Translations under genes and position numbers: made by a program | In this document: piece by piece, positions 51,514 through 62,270 of the stretch | How positions within the stretch are numbered: the first letter of the stretch is position 1 | How the letters are laid out: each line of letters starts with the position of its first letter | NCBI GenBank assembly: GCA_964291215.2 | Contig: OZ219791.1 | Coordinates: 2,368,001 to 2,432,000 of the forward strand | Direction of reading: 5' to 3' | Source of the DNA: Alphaproteobacteria bacterium | GTDB lineage: Bacteria; Pseudomonadota; Alphaproteobacteria; MPNO01; UBA830 | Length of the DNA: 64,000 nucleotides | Notes under the pieces: generated by a model | What the model was told of the DNA's origin: nothing | Database searches by the model: none | What the model saw: only the letters and a program-made list of their open reading frames with translations

Positions 51514-52703
51514 GGATTCCGGCACATGTCGGTTTCGCGGCGCTCCTTGCCACCACGACATCGGGGACAGCGATCGGAATCGACGGCACCTTGCCTGCCA
51601 TGCCGGCGATGGCGGAAGCGTTCGGCACCGACCAGACATCGATTCAACTCACGCTCAGCCTCTTCATGCTGGGCGTCGCCATCGGCCAGCTCGTCTACGG
51701 TCCGCTGTCCGATCGCTTCGGTCGCAAGCCCATCATTCTCGTAAGCCTGCTGATCAACATCGTCGCCACTGTCGGCTGCGCCGCCGCTCTTTCGGTGGAA
51801 ATGCTGATGGCATTCAGGTTCATGCACGGCATGGCGGCGTCAGGCGGTTTCATAGTCGCACGGGCCACGATCCGGGACCGCTACGACCGGTCAGACGCGG
51901 TGCGGGTCATCGCGGTGATGCTGTTCTTCCACACGATCGCCCCGCTGGTGGCCCCGGTCGTCGGCGCCGAACTAATCACCGCGTTCGGGTGGAATGCGAT
52001 CTTCGTCTTCATAACGATCTACACCACCACGGTGACGCTGCTCTTCTGGCTGGTCTTCCGCGAGACCCTTGCGGATCCGGATCGAAATGCGCTCCGCATC
52101 CTGCCGATGCTGCGCAATTTCGGGGCGATCTCGCGCAGCCTTCCGTTCTGGGCTTACACCGCTTGCGCATCGGCCTCGTACGGAATGCTGTTCTCGTTCC
52201 TTGCCGCATCCGCCCATGTGATCATCACATCGTTCGGCGAAACGACGAGAACCTACGGCTTCGCGCTCGGCGCAACCATGCTCGGAACCATGCTCGGGAT
52301 GCTGGGAACCGCCCAACTGGTCCACCGCTACGGCCCCGACCGGCTTCTGTGTTTTGGCGTGTCGGGCGCATCGGCCACCGGGCTGGCACTGGCCGCGCTC
52401 ACCTGGGCTGGGATACATCACTGGCTGGCGATAATCGGTCCCATGTTCTTCTGCCTGATCGCGTTTTCCTTCATTCTTCCGCAGGCGACAGCCGGCGCAT
52501 TGCAACCCTTCCCCCGCATGGCCGGAGCAGCCTCTTCCTTGGTGGGCTTCGTCCAGCAACTCATCGGCGCAATCACGGGAATGGTCGTTGCCACCTTTTC
52601 CGACGACGGCACCCAGACCGCGCTTGCCCACGGTGTTCTGTTCTGGGCGTTGTTGGCGCTGGCGACATATGCCTTCGTGATCCGTCGGCGCCGAACCCTT
52701 TGA
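51510..52703 (+). CDS. Bcr/CflA (DHA1) MFS efflux transporter, second paralogue
   Basis: 'GQLVYGPLSDRFGRKP', 'ARATIRD'; ATGA overlap with the first copy. Confidence 0.92.
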   Translation: MRIPAHVGFAALLATTTSGTAIGIDGTLPAMPAMAEAFGTDQTSIQLTLSLFMLGVAIGQLVYGPLSDRFGRKPIILVSLLINIVATVGCAAALSVEMLMAFRFMHGMAASGGFIVARATIRDRYDRSDAVRVIAVMLFFHTIAPLVAPVVGAELITAFGWNAIFVFITIYTTTVTLLFWLVFRETLADPDRNALRILPMLRNFGAISRSLPFWAYTACASASYGMLFSFLAASAHVIITSFGETTRTYGFALGATMLGTMLGMLGTAQLVHRYGPDRLLCFGVSGASATGLALAALTWAGIHHWLAIIGPMFFCLIAFSFILPQATAGALQPFPRMAGAASSLVGFVQQLIGAITGMVVATFSDDGTQTALAHGVLFWALLALATYAFVIRRRRTL

Positions 52704-52799
52704 ACGTGCGACGCGGCCGATCGCGCCTGGCAACGGCCCACTGACACACGCAGCCATCACGCTTCGGTTCCTTTCCGGCAAGCACGGCTACACCCAATT

Positions 52800-52960
52800 T
52801 CAGACGTCCTGACTTCGGCTTTGATTTCTTCCAATCAGAGTGATACTTCTGGGTCGAGTTTGCGTGCGTTGTCTGGCAGTTCGTAGATCATGCGGAGGCC
52901 GGTTCCGGAGCTTCTTCACCGCCCGCTGCACGGTCGCGCGGCTCACGCCGAACCCCGTCT
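52800..52960 (-). pseudogene. Transposase C-terminal scrap, same family as the fragment at 59067-59493
   Basis: rc reads 'GTGLRMIYEL' and ends gtcaggacgtctga, like gtcaggatatctga at ~59480-59493. Confidence 0.5.
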
Positions 52961-53035
52961 GCACCCAAGTTGCACTTTTTGCGGTCTGGAATTTTTATCA
53001 CGTTGCGCGATTTTTTTGTCGGCCGATTTCAACAT

Positions 53036-55985
53036 GGCACTACATCCTGTTGAATTCTGTCAGGTTGTGAGGCGGCTCCTCGTGCGGCGGGTTCGACACC
53101 AGCCGCCGAGGAGATTTCGGCGACCTCGGCGGTGCGTGTCCTGTCGGTTGACGATCAATGTGCGCAGGCGCGTGGTGACCTTGGTTCCGCATGCTCTCGC
53201 GGATTGATGTCCGGCACTTGTCGATGCCCCGCGCGGGGATCAGATGCACCGCGGCGAGCACGGCGATCAACAGGTGGGCGGCGATGCGATGGCCGGGCGC
53301 AATCCGGGCTCGGATTTCAATGAACGGAAGGTGGCCTCGATATCCGTGTCCCGAGCATCCATGTTTCCTGGCAAGGTTTTTGCGGGTGTCTGCGGTGATG
53401 TTTTCTGTGGTTGTCCACAAGCGGTGTGGGATTTGCCCTGCGAGCGAGGCGACATGAAGCTTGTGGTCCCGGCGGCGGGTTGCCGTCCATTGGTCACGTG
53501 AACGCGGCTACCTTGCCGCCCCCGGGCACGTGACCGTCCGGGTTCCAGGTGTCCCAAGGCGGTTCGATCTCCTCGATGTCGGCCTCGACGATGATCTGCA
53601 GACATTCTCCCCAAGTCGTGTCGTAGTAGGGAGACTGTCGATACAGTCCCGATCGCGCTCTCGGCAGGGGTGAGGGCCGTGTCTCCTTCGCTCACTCACC
53701 GGTGCTTCGGTCGACCAGCAACGCTGCTGTCGCAGCAAGGTGTTCGCCAGAGCTTGCGCATCACGGCGACAATGGCGACTTTGTGGGCCTTGCCGGCGGT
53801 CTTGTGGCGTTCGAACACCAGATCCGCGTTGAAGCGTGCTGCCGAGGTCGCGGCCAGGAGATCACGTGGCCTCCGGCGCCCGCCTCGGATATGCCGAGCA
53901 CCGTGGCCACTGTCGTTGGCCATCGGCGCCACCCCGATCAAGGCTGCCGACGCTGCCGAGTTCGGGCATCCAACAAAGAAGGGCTGCGGCGGTCACTGGA
54001 CCGGGGATCGAGGTCAGGGTACCTCTGCTCGGGATCACCGGCGATCACCGCTTTGATCGCCGCGCCGGCAATGCGGTCATCGAGATCGGCCGCCGAAGCC
54101 CTTGTGACGGTCTCGCCATCCACCTCATCTGCCACTTGCCTCAACTTGGTCCGCACGTCGACAAGCGCGGCGCCAGGAGATCCCCCAGGCAGTTGAGGAA
54201 GGCTTCCTGAGGAGCCACAGGCTCGAGATCGCACCGTGCCGATCTTGGCGTCAACGCGGTTGGCCAGATGGCCCAAAGCCTCGGCGAAGCCCTCAACGGG
54301 CAGGACAACCTCGAAGCCCCGGTCATGAAGACACTGGTGAACCTTGCGGTGATAGCGGCCTGTCGCCCACCACACGGGTTACCTCGAGGCTGCGAAGCCA
54401 CGTGCCCGTGGCGTCGTTCGTAAAACGACGCCCCAGATGTCCAGACTGGCCTTGCTGACCCCTGCTACTACCTTAACCATCGTCCCTTGTTCCTCGCCTT
54501 ATGATGATACGGTTCAAACCCAAGCATCCATTCAGGACGCAAGGGACGCCAAAGGAGGTTGCCACGCTCGGGAACGGCTCTATAAAGCCAAGGACGGAAC
54601 GGCAACCTCCGCGGAGATCGTTTGATCCCCGCTCCCCTGTACGTTCTCACACAGGGGAGCGGAATCTCTTTGCAACCATAGCTCTCCCATAGTCGAGGTT
54701 ATCCACATTTTCCCGCCCCCAACTGCTGTGGATGATTTCATCATCAAGGGGACAAAACCTAGTCATATAAGGACGGTCTCGATATCCCGGTCGCTGGTGC
54801 GCAGGCGCCCGCGTTGTCTTGTCGTCTGTGGCAGAAGCGCACGGCCGTTGCCCGGCCTTCTCGACGGTGATCTCGTAGTGCCGGGCGACGGTGGAGAAGC
54901 GCTGCTCGATACCGCTCTCCGACACCTTGTCGTGGCGCCGGCCCTTGGAGGTGGAGCTTTGCCGCCTCGAAGCCCTGCGGTCAGGAATGGCGTCCTCGGC
55001 CCTCTTACTGCTCTCCACGCCGCGCCATCCTCGCTGGCAAGGCGCCTGCACCTCGTGGTCGGTGATCAGCCTCGGGCCCACCATCGGGCGGCGCCGCCCG
55101 CGATCCAGCCGTGCTCGCCACGCGATGTTCGCCTCGGTACCGGCGTCCATGACTACCGTCGGCTTCGCCGCCCGCCTCCAGCCTCAGCAGCGCATCCGTG
55201 CCCGGCCACGTTGCCCCGCAAGACCTCGCAACTGCGCCGAAAGCCCACACCGTCGAGCGCAAGCGTGGGGCAATCATTGCGCTTCGAGCGCCCGAAGCGG
55301 GGGAGCTTGCCGTCGGCGCGGCCGTGAACAGGTCGTAAAAGGCGATGGTGTCGGGGATGCAGCGCGCGCTCGCGGTTGAACAGCTCTTTCCGGATGGCGG
55401 CCCGGTGACGCAGGTCGCCGATGCGGTACGGCGTCTTGCGCGACTTGCCCTCCAGATCCGGAAGCTCCGCGCTGTCATCGCGCAGCCAGCGCTCGCTGGC
55501 GGATCATCCTGGCGACAATCAGCGCACTCGCGATGCCGAGGTCGTGAAGCCGAGATCGCGCCTCAAGGCACAGGCAGCCGACCGAGCGCGGGTGCTCGAG
55601 GCTGTCGAGGTTGACGGTCGCAATTTGCGTGCGTCTTCCTCCAGAGCGTCGGCGCGGAACCTCCGGGCCCCTGTTGACGATGTCCTCGGCTGCGGCCTGC
55701 ACGCGGCTTCGAACAGCGGCGGGTGGCCAGCGCTTCAGCGGCAACCTCCTTCCAGTTCTTGCGCGCCACCGAATGGTCGGTACCGAAGCAGGGTGCGCTG
55801 CCTGACCTTGTCGCCGATGCGTTGAGAAAGTACGAGCCGGTGGACGGGTTTGTCGTCTGCGGTGCTGCGGGTTTTGGTTGCCCTGATGAACATGTTGTCT
55901 GGAGCCTTTCGTGTTGACGAGGCCCCGGATATACCGGGTTTGGCGGCGGGGCGAATCGGCAATATCCCGGCACTACATTGGCCAT
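53036..55985 (-). mobile_element. IS1634-family remnant, interrupted by IS110
   Basis: Fragments 'MFIRATKT', 'DTIAFYDL', 'TVVMDAG.EANIAW', 'VARHYEITV', 'DIEATFRSLKSE.GLRP', 'RIAAHLLIAVLA'. Confidence 0.7.
53690..54670 (-). mobile_element. IS110-family remnant with its non-coding upstream end
   Basis: 'ATGRYHR', 'GVAPMANDSG..RHIRGGR', 'GKAHKVAIVAVMRKL'; ~180 bp structured non-coding region upstream. Confidence 0.75.
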
Positions 55986-56157
55986 CCCGGACAGGAAATC
56001 ACAAATATAGTAGGTAATGTCACAAAAATGCCAACATATAGCATATCGAGCGAGTCTGCCGTATAAATTTTGGCTTCAACTGACGCAAAAAATGCCAACT
56101 TGGGGTAAGATTATCCTGCTGTGGAATCAGATCCGGGCGTAGTGGCCCGCGGCGAAA

Positions 56158-57138
56158 TCAGGATCCGGAGCTTTCAGCGCCGCCGCTTTCGTGATTGCGC
56201 TGGTCCCAGCGCACGCCCAGATCACGGGAGCGGTTGCCGCCGAGGCTGGCAATGGCCTGTGCGACATAATCGATGCCAGCTGCCTCCGAGAAGGCTTGCA
56301 TGAGGCGAAGGGTATCTGGACCGGGGAGGTTGCCCGAATCTCCGATCGCGGCACCGTTGAGGCGGCACACGGGCACGATGCTCGGCGATGTTCCGGAGAC
56401 AAATGCCTCGTCGGCATTGTAGATGTCATAGGCCGTGTAATCGCCCTTGACGATGTCGATGCCGAGATCTTCGGCTAGTTCGAGAACGACGCTTTGCGTT
56501 ACCCCGGCCAGTACATTGCTTCCCTTCGATGTGTGCAGGCGCCCTTCGGAAAGGAAGAAAAAATTCCCGGTGTTGGTCTCGGCGATGTTGCCGTTCGTGT
56601 CGAGGAGGAGCGGAACCGCGCCGGGATCCACACGGCCGACTTCGAGTGCCGCCTGCACCTGATTCATGCGGCTTGTGACCTTGCCCTTGGGATCAATGCT
56701 CTGTGGCGGGGTGCGGCGTACGCCTGGAGTAATCAGTCGTAGTCCCTCGAGATAGGCTTCGGCGTAGCGATCGAAATCCATGTCGACACAGAACATGGCG
56801 ACAACCGGCGGCCCGGCGCGGCCGCCTGCATGTTCGCCTCGGGTGATCACATGCCACAATGCAAAGTCGTCCCCGTCGTCGAGCCGCGCCAGATTGCGGG
56901 CCAGCGTCTCCTCGGTTGCTGCCTTGATCTCGTCGCGTGTGAGGTCGCAATCGAGACGGATATAGGCAAGAGAGCGGCAGAGCCGGGTGATATGATCGTC
57001 GAGCCGGAACAGCTTGTGGCGAAAGGTCCGCGTCACCTCGTAGACGCCGTCGCCTCCGAAAAACCCGCGTGTCGTGACCGGTACGACAGCCTCCCCCTCG
57101 GGAAGGAACCTGCCATTGAGGTATACGATTGCCTCCAT
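56158..57138 (-). CDS. Class IV (D-amino-acid/branched-chain) PLP aminotransferase
   Basis: 'YLNGRF', 'GDGVYEVTRT', 'LFRLDDHITRL', 'DPKGKVTSR', 'AETNTGNFF', 'LAGVT', 'ADEAFVSGT'. Confidence 0.92.
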   Translation of the reverse strand: MEAIVYLNGRFLPEGEAVVPVTTRGFFGGDGVYEVTRTFRHKLFRLDDHITRLCRSLAYIRLDCDLTRDEIKAATEETLARNLARLDDGDDFALWHVITRGEHAGGRAGPPVVAMFCVDMDFDRYAEAYLEGLRLITPGVRRTPPQSIDPKGKVTSRMNQVQAALEVGRVDPGAVPLLLDTNGNIAETNTGNFFFLSEGRLHTSKGSNVLAGVTQSVVLELAEDLGIDIVKGDYTAYDIYNADEAFVSGTSPSIVPVCRLNGAAIGDSGNLPGPDTLRLMQAFSEAAGIDYVAQAIASLGGNRSRDLGVRWDQRNHESGGAESSGS

Positions 57139-57145
57139 CGTTCCG

Positions 57146-58147
57146 TTATCTCCCCGTTGTTCTGCTGGCGGCGTGCCGCGTCCGTCGCGCTGTCATCTTC
57201 TCGGCCATGCGCGGCGCTCGTCCGGGTGCCGACCATGGACAGGCCGCTATACATATTCCGCATCCTTGGGTGTCGTTGAAATAGGGGATGCACTTGTCGA
57301 AATCGACATACCATTTCCGCATGCCGCGAACCTGCTGCTTTTCGCCGTGAATCGCATCCGGCGGACAGGCGTCGCTGCAGACGCGGCAGTTGGTGCAGAA
57401 GTCGTCGGCGCCGAAGATGTCGGGGACGTCAGCGGCAAGCGGGAGGTCGGTCATCACGCCCGCGAGCCGCAATGACGAGCCGTAGGAGCGGTTGATCAGG
57501 GAGCCGTGCTTGCCGAGCTCGCCCATGCCGCATGCGATAGCTGGCGGAATCAGCAGGAGCGGACCCGCCATCGGCCCTCCGTGCGGACGGGCGTTGTAAC
57601 CCTGCCGCTGGATGAAGTTGGCCACGGACCGCGCCGCACGCGTGCCCCGGTTGTACTGGCGCATGACCTCGACCGGCGATTCGATGGACGGCGCCTTCGC
57701 GAGTTCGGCATGGTCCATGGCCACGCCGATGACGACGACCCAAGGCTCGTCCACGGCGTAGCCCTCGAAGATCCAGTCGGGATCGATCGCGGCAATGCCG
57801 ACAAGATCACCTTCGTTGGCGAGGACATGCGCCTTGATCCGGCGCGTCCAGTTTTCCGACGTGTCTGTTGCCGCGGCTTCGGGTTTCGCGGACGGTCGCG
57901 AATCGCCGCGCCCGCCATATTTGAGGTGAAAATCCTGAAGTTCGGGCTTGTCGTCGAACTGGCGCAGGTAGTAGTCCTGCAGCGGCTTGTGGGGGAGATC
58001 GGTCTTGCCGTAATGCCAGAATACCGGCGTGGGCCGCCGCTGTTCGGTTTCGTCGAGGCCGTTGATCGTGTTTCCTGACACTTCGGGGAACAGGGCGAGC
58101 TGTGCCGCCGGCGGATGATAGATGGGCTTCGGTTTGCGGGCCATCAC
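57146..58147 (-). CDS. Reductive dehalogenase/QueG-like cobalamin, 2x[4Fe-4S] protein
   Basis: 'GDLVGIA', 'AIACGMGELGKHGSLI..YGSSLRLAGVMTDLPL', 'FCTNCRVCSDACPPDAI', 'KC..CGICIAACPW'; no TAT signal. Confidence 0.82.
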   Translation of the reverse strand: MMARKPKPIYHPPAAQLALFPEVSGNTINGLDETEQRRPTPVFWHYGKTDLPHKPLQDYYLRQFDDKPELQDFHLKYGGRGDSRPSAKPEAAATDTSENWTRRIKAHVLANEGDLVGIAAIDPDWIFEGYAVDEPWVVVIGVAMDHAELAKAPSIESPVEVMRQYNRGTRAARSVANFIQRQGYNARPHGGPMAGPLLLIPPAIACGMGELGKHGSLINRSYGSSLRLAGVMTDLPLAADVPDIFGADDFCTNCRVCSDACPPDAIHGEKQQVRGMRKWYVDFDKCIPYFNDTQGCGICIAACPWSAPGRAPRMAEKMTARRTRHAASRTTGR

Positions 58148-58911
58148 ACCGCAATCGGCGTGCCGCCGCGCGACGACAGGTAATTGTCGAGTTCCTGCCG
58201 CGACATCGGCATCGAGAACATTTCGTTCCGCATGTGGAGGCGCTGCATCGAAACTTCGAGCAGCGCCGTTTTCGCGGCCTTGAAATCCTCTTCGGTCGCG
58301 ATGATCCCGGCGAGATCCCCGGCCGCGTGATCGACATGGCCGTCCTCGTCATCGGCGATGACCTTGAATGCCGCCGCCAGTTTTGTCTCGAATGTGCCGC
58401 CGGTCAGCGCCGCGCCTTCGCGGAAGGTCGCAGTGCCGCCGCCTTCCGTCAGTTCCATTGCCGCGCCGACTGCCGGATTTCCCGAATGCCTGTATTCGCG
58501 GCGCATGCAGTTGAGCTTGTCGTCCTCGGGGAGCTGTTTTGGATCATCCGGTGTCAGCTTGCGCCCGAGCAGGTCCTCGAGCACCTCGGCAAGGACCACG
58601 TAATGCATGAACTCCTCTGTCATCTGGGACAGCCGGGCATGGAATTCGCGGCGGTCCAGACCGTCATTCACGCGTTCAAACCGGTCGACGAGTTCGCGGA
58701 ACTCCATGTGGAGCCCGCAGGCGTAGCCGTCGGTGGAACCGTAACCGATGACCGGGTTGAGTTCCTTGTAGACAGCGGCCCTGAGATAGCGGATCCAGCA
58801 GTCTCGCGATGGTCGCGAAGCAAAGAAGCGCCGCGTGAGCTCTGCCTCGGTTTCCCAGTATGGCGTCGCAATCTTGACCAGCTTGCGGGCATATGTCTCG
58901 GCTGTCACCAT
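58144..58911 (-). CDS. Ferritin-like di-iron domain protein
   Basis: 'KE...EEFMH...EGGG...DEDGH' paired ExxH motifs; start ATG 58911 with RBS GGAGG. Confidence 0.75.
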   Translation of the reverse strand: MVTAETYARKLVKIATPYWETEAELTRRFFASRPSRDCWIRYLRAAVYKELNPVIGYGSTDGYACGLHMEFRELVDRFERVNDGLDRREFHARLSQMTEEFMHYVVLAEVLEDLLGRKLTPDDPKQLPEDDKLNCMRREYRHSGNPAVGAAMELTEGGGTATFREGAALTGGTFETKLAAAFKVIADDEDGHVDHAAGDLAGIIATEEDFKAAKTALLEVSMQRLHMRNEMFSMPMSRQELDNYLSSRGGTPIAV

Positions 58912-59042
58912 CTGCCTCCGTGCGTCGATCTTCCGTCGGCGGAGATGCCGACAACAGGATAATGCCCGTGCGGCATTGTTCTGTCGACCGTGTCGCGCCG
59001 CGTCTTTGGCCTGCCGGGGTGCGCCGCTGTCGACGAGTGATC

Positions 59043-59735
59043 GTAACTGCTCGCCCCTGCTGATCATTGGCCGCCTTTCCTGACGACGTTCGCATCCGGG
59101 AACTCGCTGCCGATCCGGCCCTCGATGCTCTTCCGTTCCGGGAGAAGCACCGGCTCGACATCCTGCGCATGATCGCCTACCGCGCCGAAACCCGGACGAT
59201 GGCGGCCGTGGCGAAGGAGCAGGGCAGGAAACCGCGCCCGCGAAAACCCCTCCGCACCCTCCTGCAGGCCGACGCCGACATCCTCCCCGAACCTGAACCG
59301 GGGATCCTCCGGGTGCGCATCCCCGGATCCGCCTGCAACGCCGCCATCGCAGGGCTGCTGAAGGAACTCAACGAAACCGGCACCTGCTTTCCCGGAACCG
59401 AGCTCCGCATGATCTACGAACTGCCTCCGAAGCCCGCCTGAACGGCCGCCGGAGGGCCTTGCCTGCCAATTCTCCAGAGGTCAGGATATCTGAAGCTGCA
59501 CCGCCGGATTCCTCAGCCGGCACGATGGAACCCGCACCGCGGGCTCGGTACCGCATTGCAGACCCGGCGCCACCGGCCGGAAAGCAAGACCGGCCGAAGA
59601 CCGGAACGGTTCTTGCCCATCGGAACCCGCACCTCCGGTTTCCGGCAATCAGCGAGGGAAGGGGACGAGAAAAGATGCTTGACCCCGAACGCCGTCAGGA
59701 GCGGCAATCCATGACCAGCAGGGGTGAGCAGTTAC
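59043..59735. mobile_element. Non-autonomous IS66-ended element (693 bp) containing an unrelated transposase C-terminal fragment
   Basis: TIR gtaactgctcgcccctgctg / cagcaggggtgagcagttac; 8-bp TSD gagtgatc at 59035-59042 and 59736-59743. Internal 'LDILRMIAYRAET..FPGTELRMIYEL'. Confidence 0.88.
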
Positions 59736-59865
59736 GAGTGATCGATGTTGATCGGCCTGCTGTTCCCGTGCCGTTTGCGGCAGACAGCAAGGCATGCGCC
59801 AGTACTGTGGGGACCGATTTGGCAGGCTTTGCGTGGACTGCGTGGGACCGGCGGTATTGTCGGGT

Positions 59866-60510
59866 TCAGTTCCGGATGATGGAACCGCGCTCGATCACGA
59901 AGGTGCGGTCCAGCAGGTCCCGTATGTGCTTGTCGTTCGATTCGGCAACGAATACCGATTCTCCCTCGTCCTTCAGGCTTGCCATGATCTCGACCATGCG
60001 GTGCGCGAATACCGGTGCGATGCCTTCCGACGGTTCGTCGAGCATCAGCATTTTCGTGCCCGCCATCAGTGCGCGCGCGAAAGCAACGAACTTCTGCTGC
60101 CCGCCGGACAGTTCCGTGGCGCTGCGGTTGCGGAATTCCGCCACCTCGGGCATCAGCCCGTAGATCCAGTCCAGGCGCTTGGCTGCGCCCTTGGCCTTGG
60201 TTGTCCAGGTCGGGAGGAGGATGTTTTCCTCCGCGGTTAGCTGCGGCACCAGCCGCCTGTCTTCGGGCATGAAGCCCATGCCGAGATGCGCGCGCCGATG
60301 CGGCGGGGTTTCGCAAAGGTCGTCGTCGTCGAACTGCATCTCTCCGGCCTGGACCTTCAGGGCCCCCATCGCGGCGCGCATCAGGGTGGTTTTGCCGGCG
60401 CCGTTGCGGCCGATCAGGCCGCACATCGATCCCGAGGGCACCTCCAGCGTCACGCCGCGCAGAATCGGAGTCGCGCCGATATTGACGTCGATCGATCTGA
60501 TACTAAGCAT
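59866..60510 (-). CDS. Branched-chain amino acid-type ABC transporter ATP-binding protein (LivF-like)
   Basis: 'GRNGAGKTT', 'PEDRRL', 'LSGGQ', 'LDEPSEG'. Confidence 0.92.
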   Translation of the reverse strand: MLSIRSIDVNIGATPILRGVTLEVPSGSMCGLIGRNGAGKTTLMRAAMGALKVQAGEMQFDDDDLCETPPHRRAHLGMGFMPEDRRLVPQLTAEENILLPTWTTKAKGAAKRLDWIYGLMPEVAEFRNRSATELSGGQQKFVAFARALMAGTKMLMLDEPSEGIAPVFAHRMVEIMASLKDEGESVFVAESNDKHIRDLLDRTFVIERGSIIRN

Positions 60511-61285
60511 CGGTCTCTCCGTCAGCGTGCGCCGGATGGTATTCTTGGCCGATCACGAACTCGCGGACGCCAGCATCGTTCATTGCATCGGCGGTAGGCG
60601 CGTCGCAGATGATCTCGCCCTGATAGAACGCCCACACGCGATCAACAAAGCGCTCGACGATCTCCATGTCGTGCTCGATGAACATCACTGTGCAATCCTC
60701 TTCCCGCATTGCCTGCATGATGACGTCCATGAGCCCGAACTTTTCTTCAACGCTGATGCCGCTGGTCGGTTCGTCAAGCATGACGAGCTTCGGATTGCCG
60801 ACCGTGGCCATGGCGATGTCGAGCAGCTTGCGGACGCCTTGTGGCAGTGCCTCGGCCGCGACATCGCGGTAATCCGCGATCTGGAAACGCTCCAGATGCG
60901 TCTGGACTCGGTCTGCGCGCTCGTGGGTATGGATCGGGGCAAAGAGGCGCCAACCGCGGTCCTCGGCGATGCCGTAGGCCATGAGCATGTTGTCGAACAC
61001 GGTTTCGGAAAGAAATACCTGCGGAACCTGGAACGAGCGGCAGACGCCCAGTCTGGTGACATCCCGGGGATGGAGGCCGAGCAGGCTCCGCCCCATGAAG
61101 TCGATGGTACCTCCGGATGGCGACAGGTAGCCGGTCACCATGTTGACGAACGTGGTCTTGCCGGCGCCGTTGGCGCCGATGATGCCGATCGTCTCGCCTT
61201 CCTTGACGGTCACGTTAATGTTGTGCGCCGCGACCACGCCGCCGAAGTGCTTTTCGAGATCGTGGACTTCAAGGACAGTAGCCAT
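60503..61285 (-). CDS. ABC transporter ATP-binding protein (LivG-like)
   Basis: 'KHFGGVVA', 'GANGAGKTT', 'RSFQ', 'LDEPTSG', 'IEHDM'. Confidence 0.92.
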   Translation of the reverse strand: MATVLEVHDLEKHFGGVVAAHNINVTVKEGETIGIIGANGAGKTTFVNMVTGYLSPSGGTIDFMGRSLLGLHPRDVTRLGVCRSFQVPQVFLSETVFDNMLMAYGIAEDRGWRLFAPIHTHERADRVQTHLERFQIADYRDVAAEALPQGVRKLLDIAMATVGNPKLVMLDEPTSGISVEEKFGLMDVIMQAMREEDCTVMFIEHDMEIVERFVDRVWAFYQGEIICDAPTADAMNDAGVREFVIGQEYHPAHADGETDA

Positions 61286-61289
61286 TGCC

Positions 61290-62270
61290 TTACTCCGCCG
61301 CCTCCATCCGCGCTGCCTGGGCAGCCTCTCTTCGCTTCCGCCATTCCGAACGCAGGGACCACAGCCCGTCGGGAAGGAACATGATTATCAGAAGCAGGAC
61401 GCCGCCGACGATTAGCTGCCAGACATGCGGCGCATATTCGAAGGCGTAGGTCCGCAGGAGCTCATAGACCAGCGCGCCGATGAACGTCGCGCTGACATTG
61501 CCGGTGCCAGCGAGAATGGTGATGAACACGAAGTCCCCGGAGACCGGCCAGTAGACCATCGAATCCGGATCGACATGGCCGACCGTCGCCGCCATGATTA
61601 CGCCGCCCATGCCGGCGAGCAGTCCCGATATTACGTATTTGACGTGAATCGCCCGCTCGGCCGAGTAGCCGAGATATTCGACGCGGATTTCATTCTCGCG
61701 GACAGCCATCGTCATCGTCCCCAGCGTCGACTTCAGGTACCAGTGCGCGCCGATGGCGGCGAGGTAGGTGAACACCAAGCCGAAAACGAACAGCGTCGTC
61801 CGGTAGCTCTCGCCGTCCGGCAAGAAACCGGCGAAGCTCAGTTGACGGATTCCGATGCCGTCGGTCGAGCCCAGTGATTCCAGCTTGGTCAGCACGCCGT
61901 AGAGAATCATGGAAAACGCCATGTTGAGAAGCGCGAAGAATATCGCCCTGTACTGGCGGAGGAGAAAACCGAGCAGGAAGGCGAGGAGGCCGGCGACGGC
62001 TGTTCCCGCGGTCACGAGGACGAAGGCGTCGCCGATGCCGGCGATCTGCAACAGGGCCACCGTGTAGGCACCGAAACCGAAGAAAAGCGCATGGCCGAAG
62101 GAGATCAGTCCTGCGCGCCACAAGATCAGGAGTCCGATGGCGACGCAGCCGCGAGCCATCGTCTGCAACCCGATCGTGCGCATCCATTCCTCGAGCCCGA
62201 AATTGAGGGCGAACAAGGCGGCTAGGCCAATGGTCAGGCCCCAGAAGGTCTTGTCCAGCAAACGGGTCAT
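61290..62270 (-). CDS. ABC transporter permease (LivM-like)
   Basis: 'GLISFGHALFFGFGAY', 'AVRENE.R..LGY'. Confidence 0.92.
   Translation of the reverse strand: MTRLLDKTFWGLTIGLAALFALNFGLEEWMRTIGLQTMARGCVAIGLLILWRAGLISFGHALFFGFGAYTVALLQIAGIGDAFVLVTAGTAVAGLLAFLLGFLLRQYRAIFFALLNMAFSMILYGVLTKLESLGSTDGIGIRQLSFAGFLPDGESYRTTLFVFGLVFTYLAAIGAHWYLKSTLGTMTMAVRENEIRVEYLGYSAERAIHVKYVISGLLAGMGGVIMAATVGHVDPDSMVYWPVSGDFVFITILAGTGNVSATFIGALVYELLRTYAFEYAPHVWQLIVGGVLLLIIMFLPDGLWSLRSEWRKRREAAQAARMEAAE

Noticed and set aside
58912-59067. Longer start of the ferritin-like ORF (59067)
   Set aside because: It begins inside the MITE terminal repeat; ATG 58911 has a good RBS.
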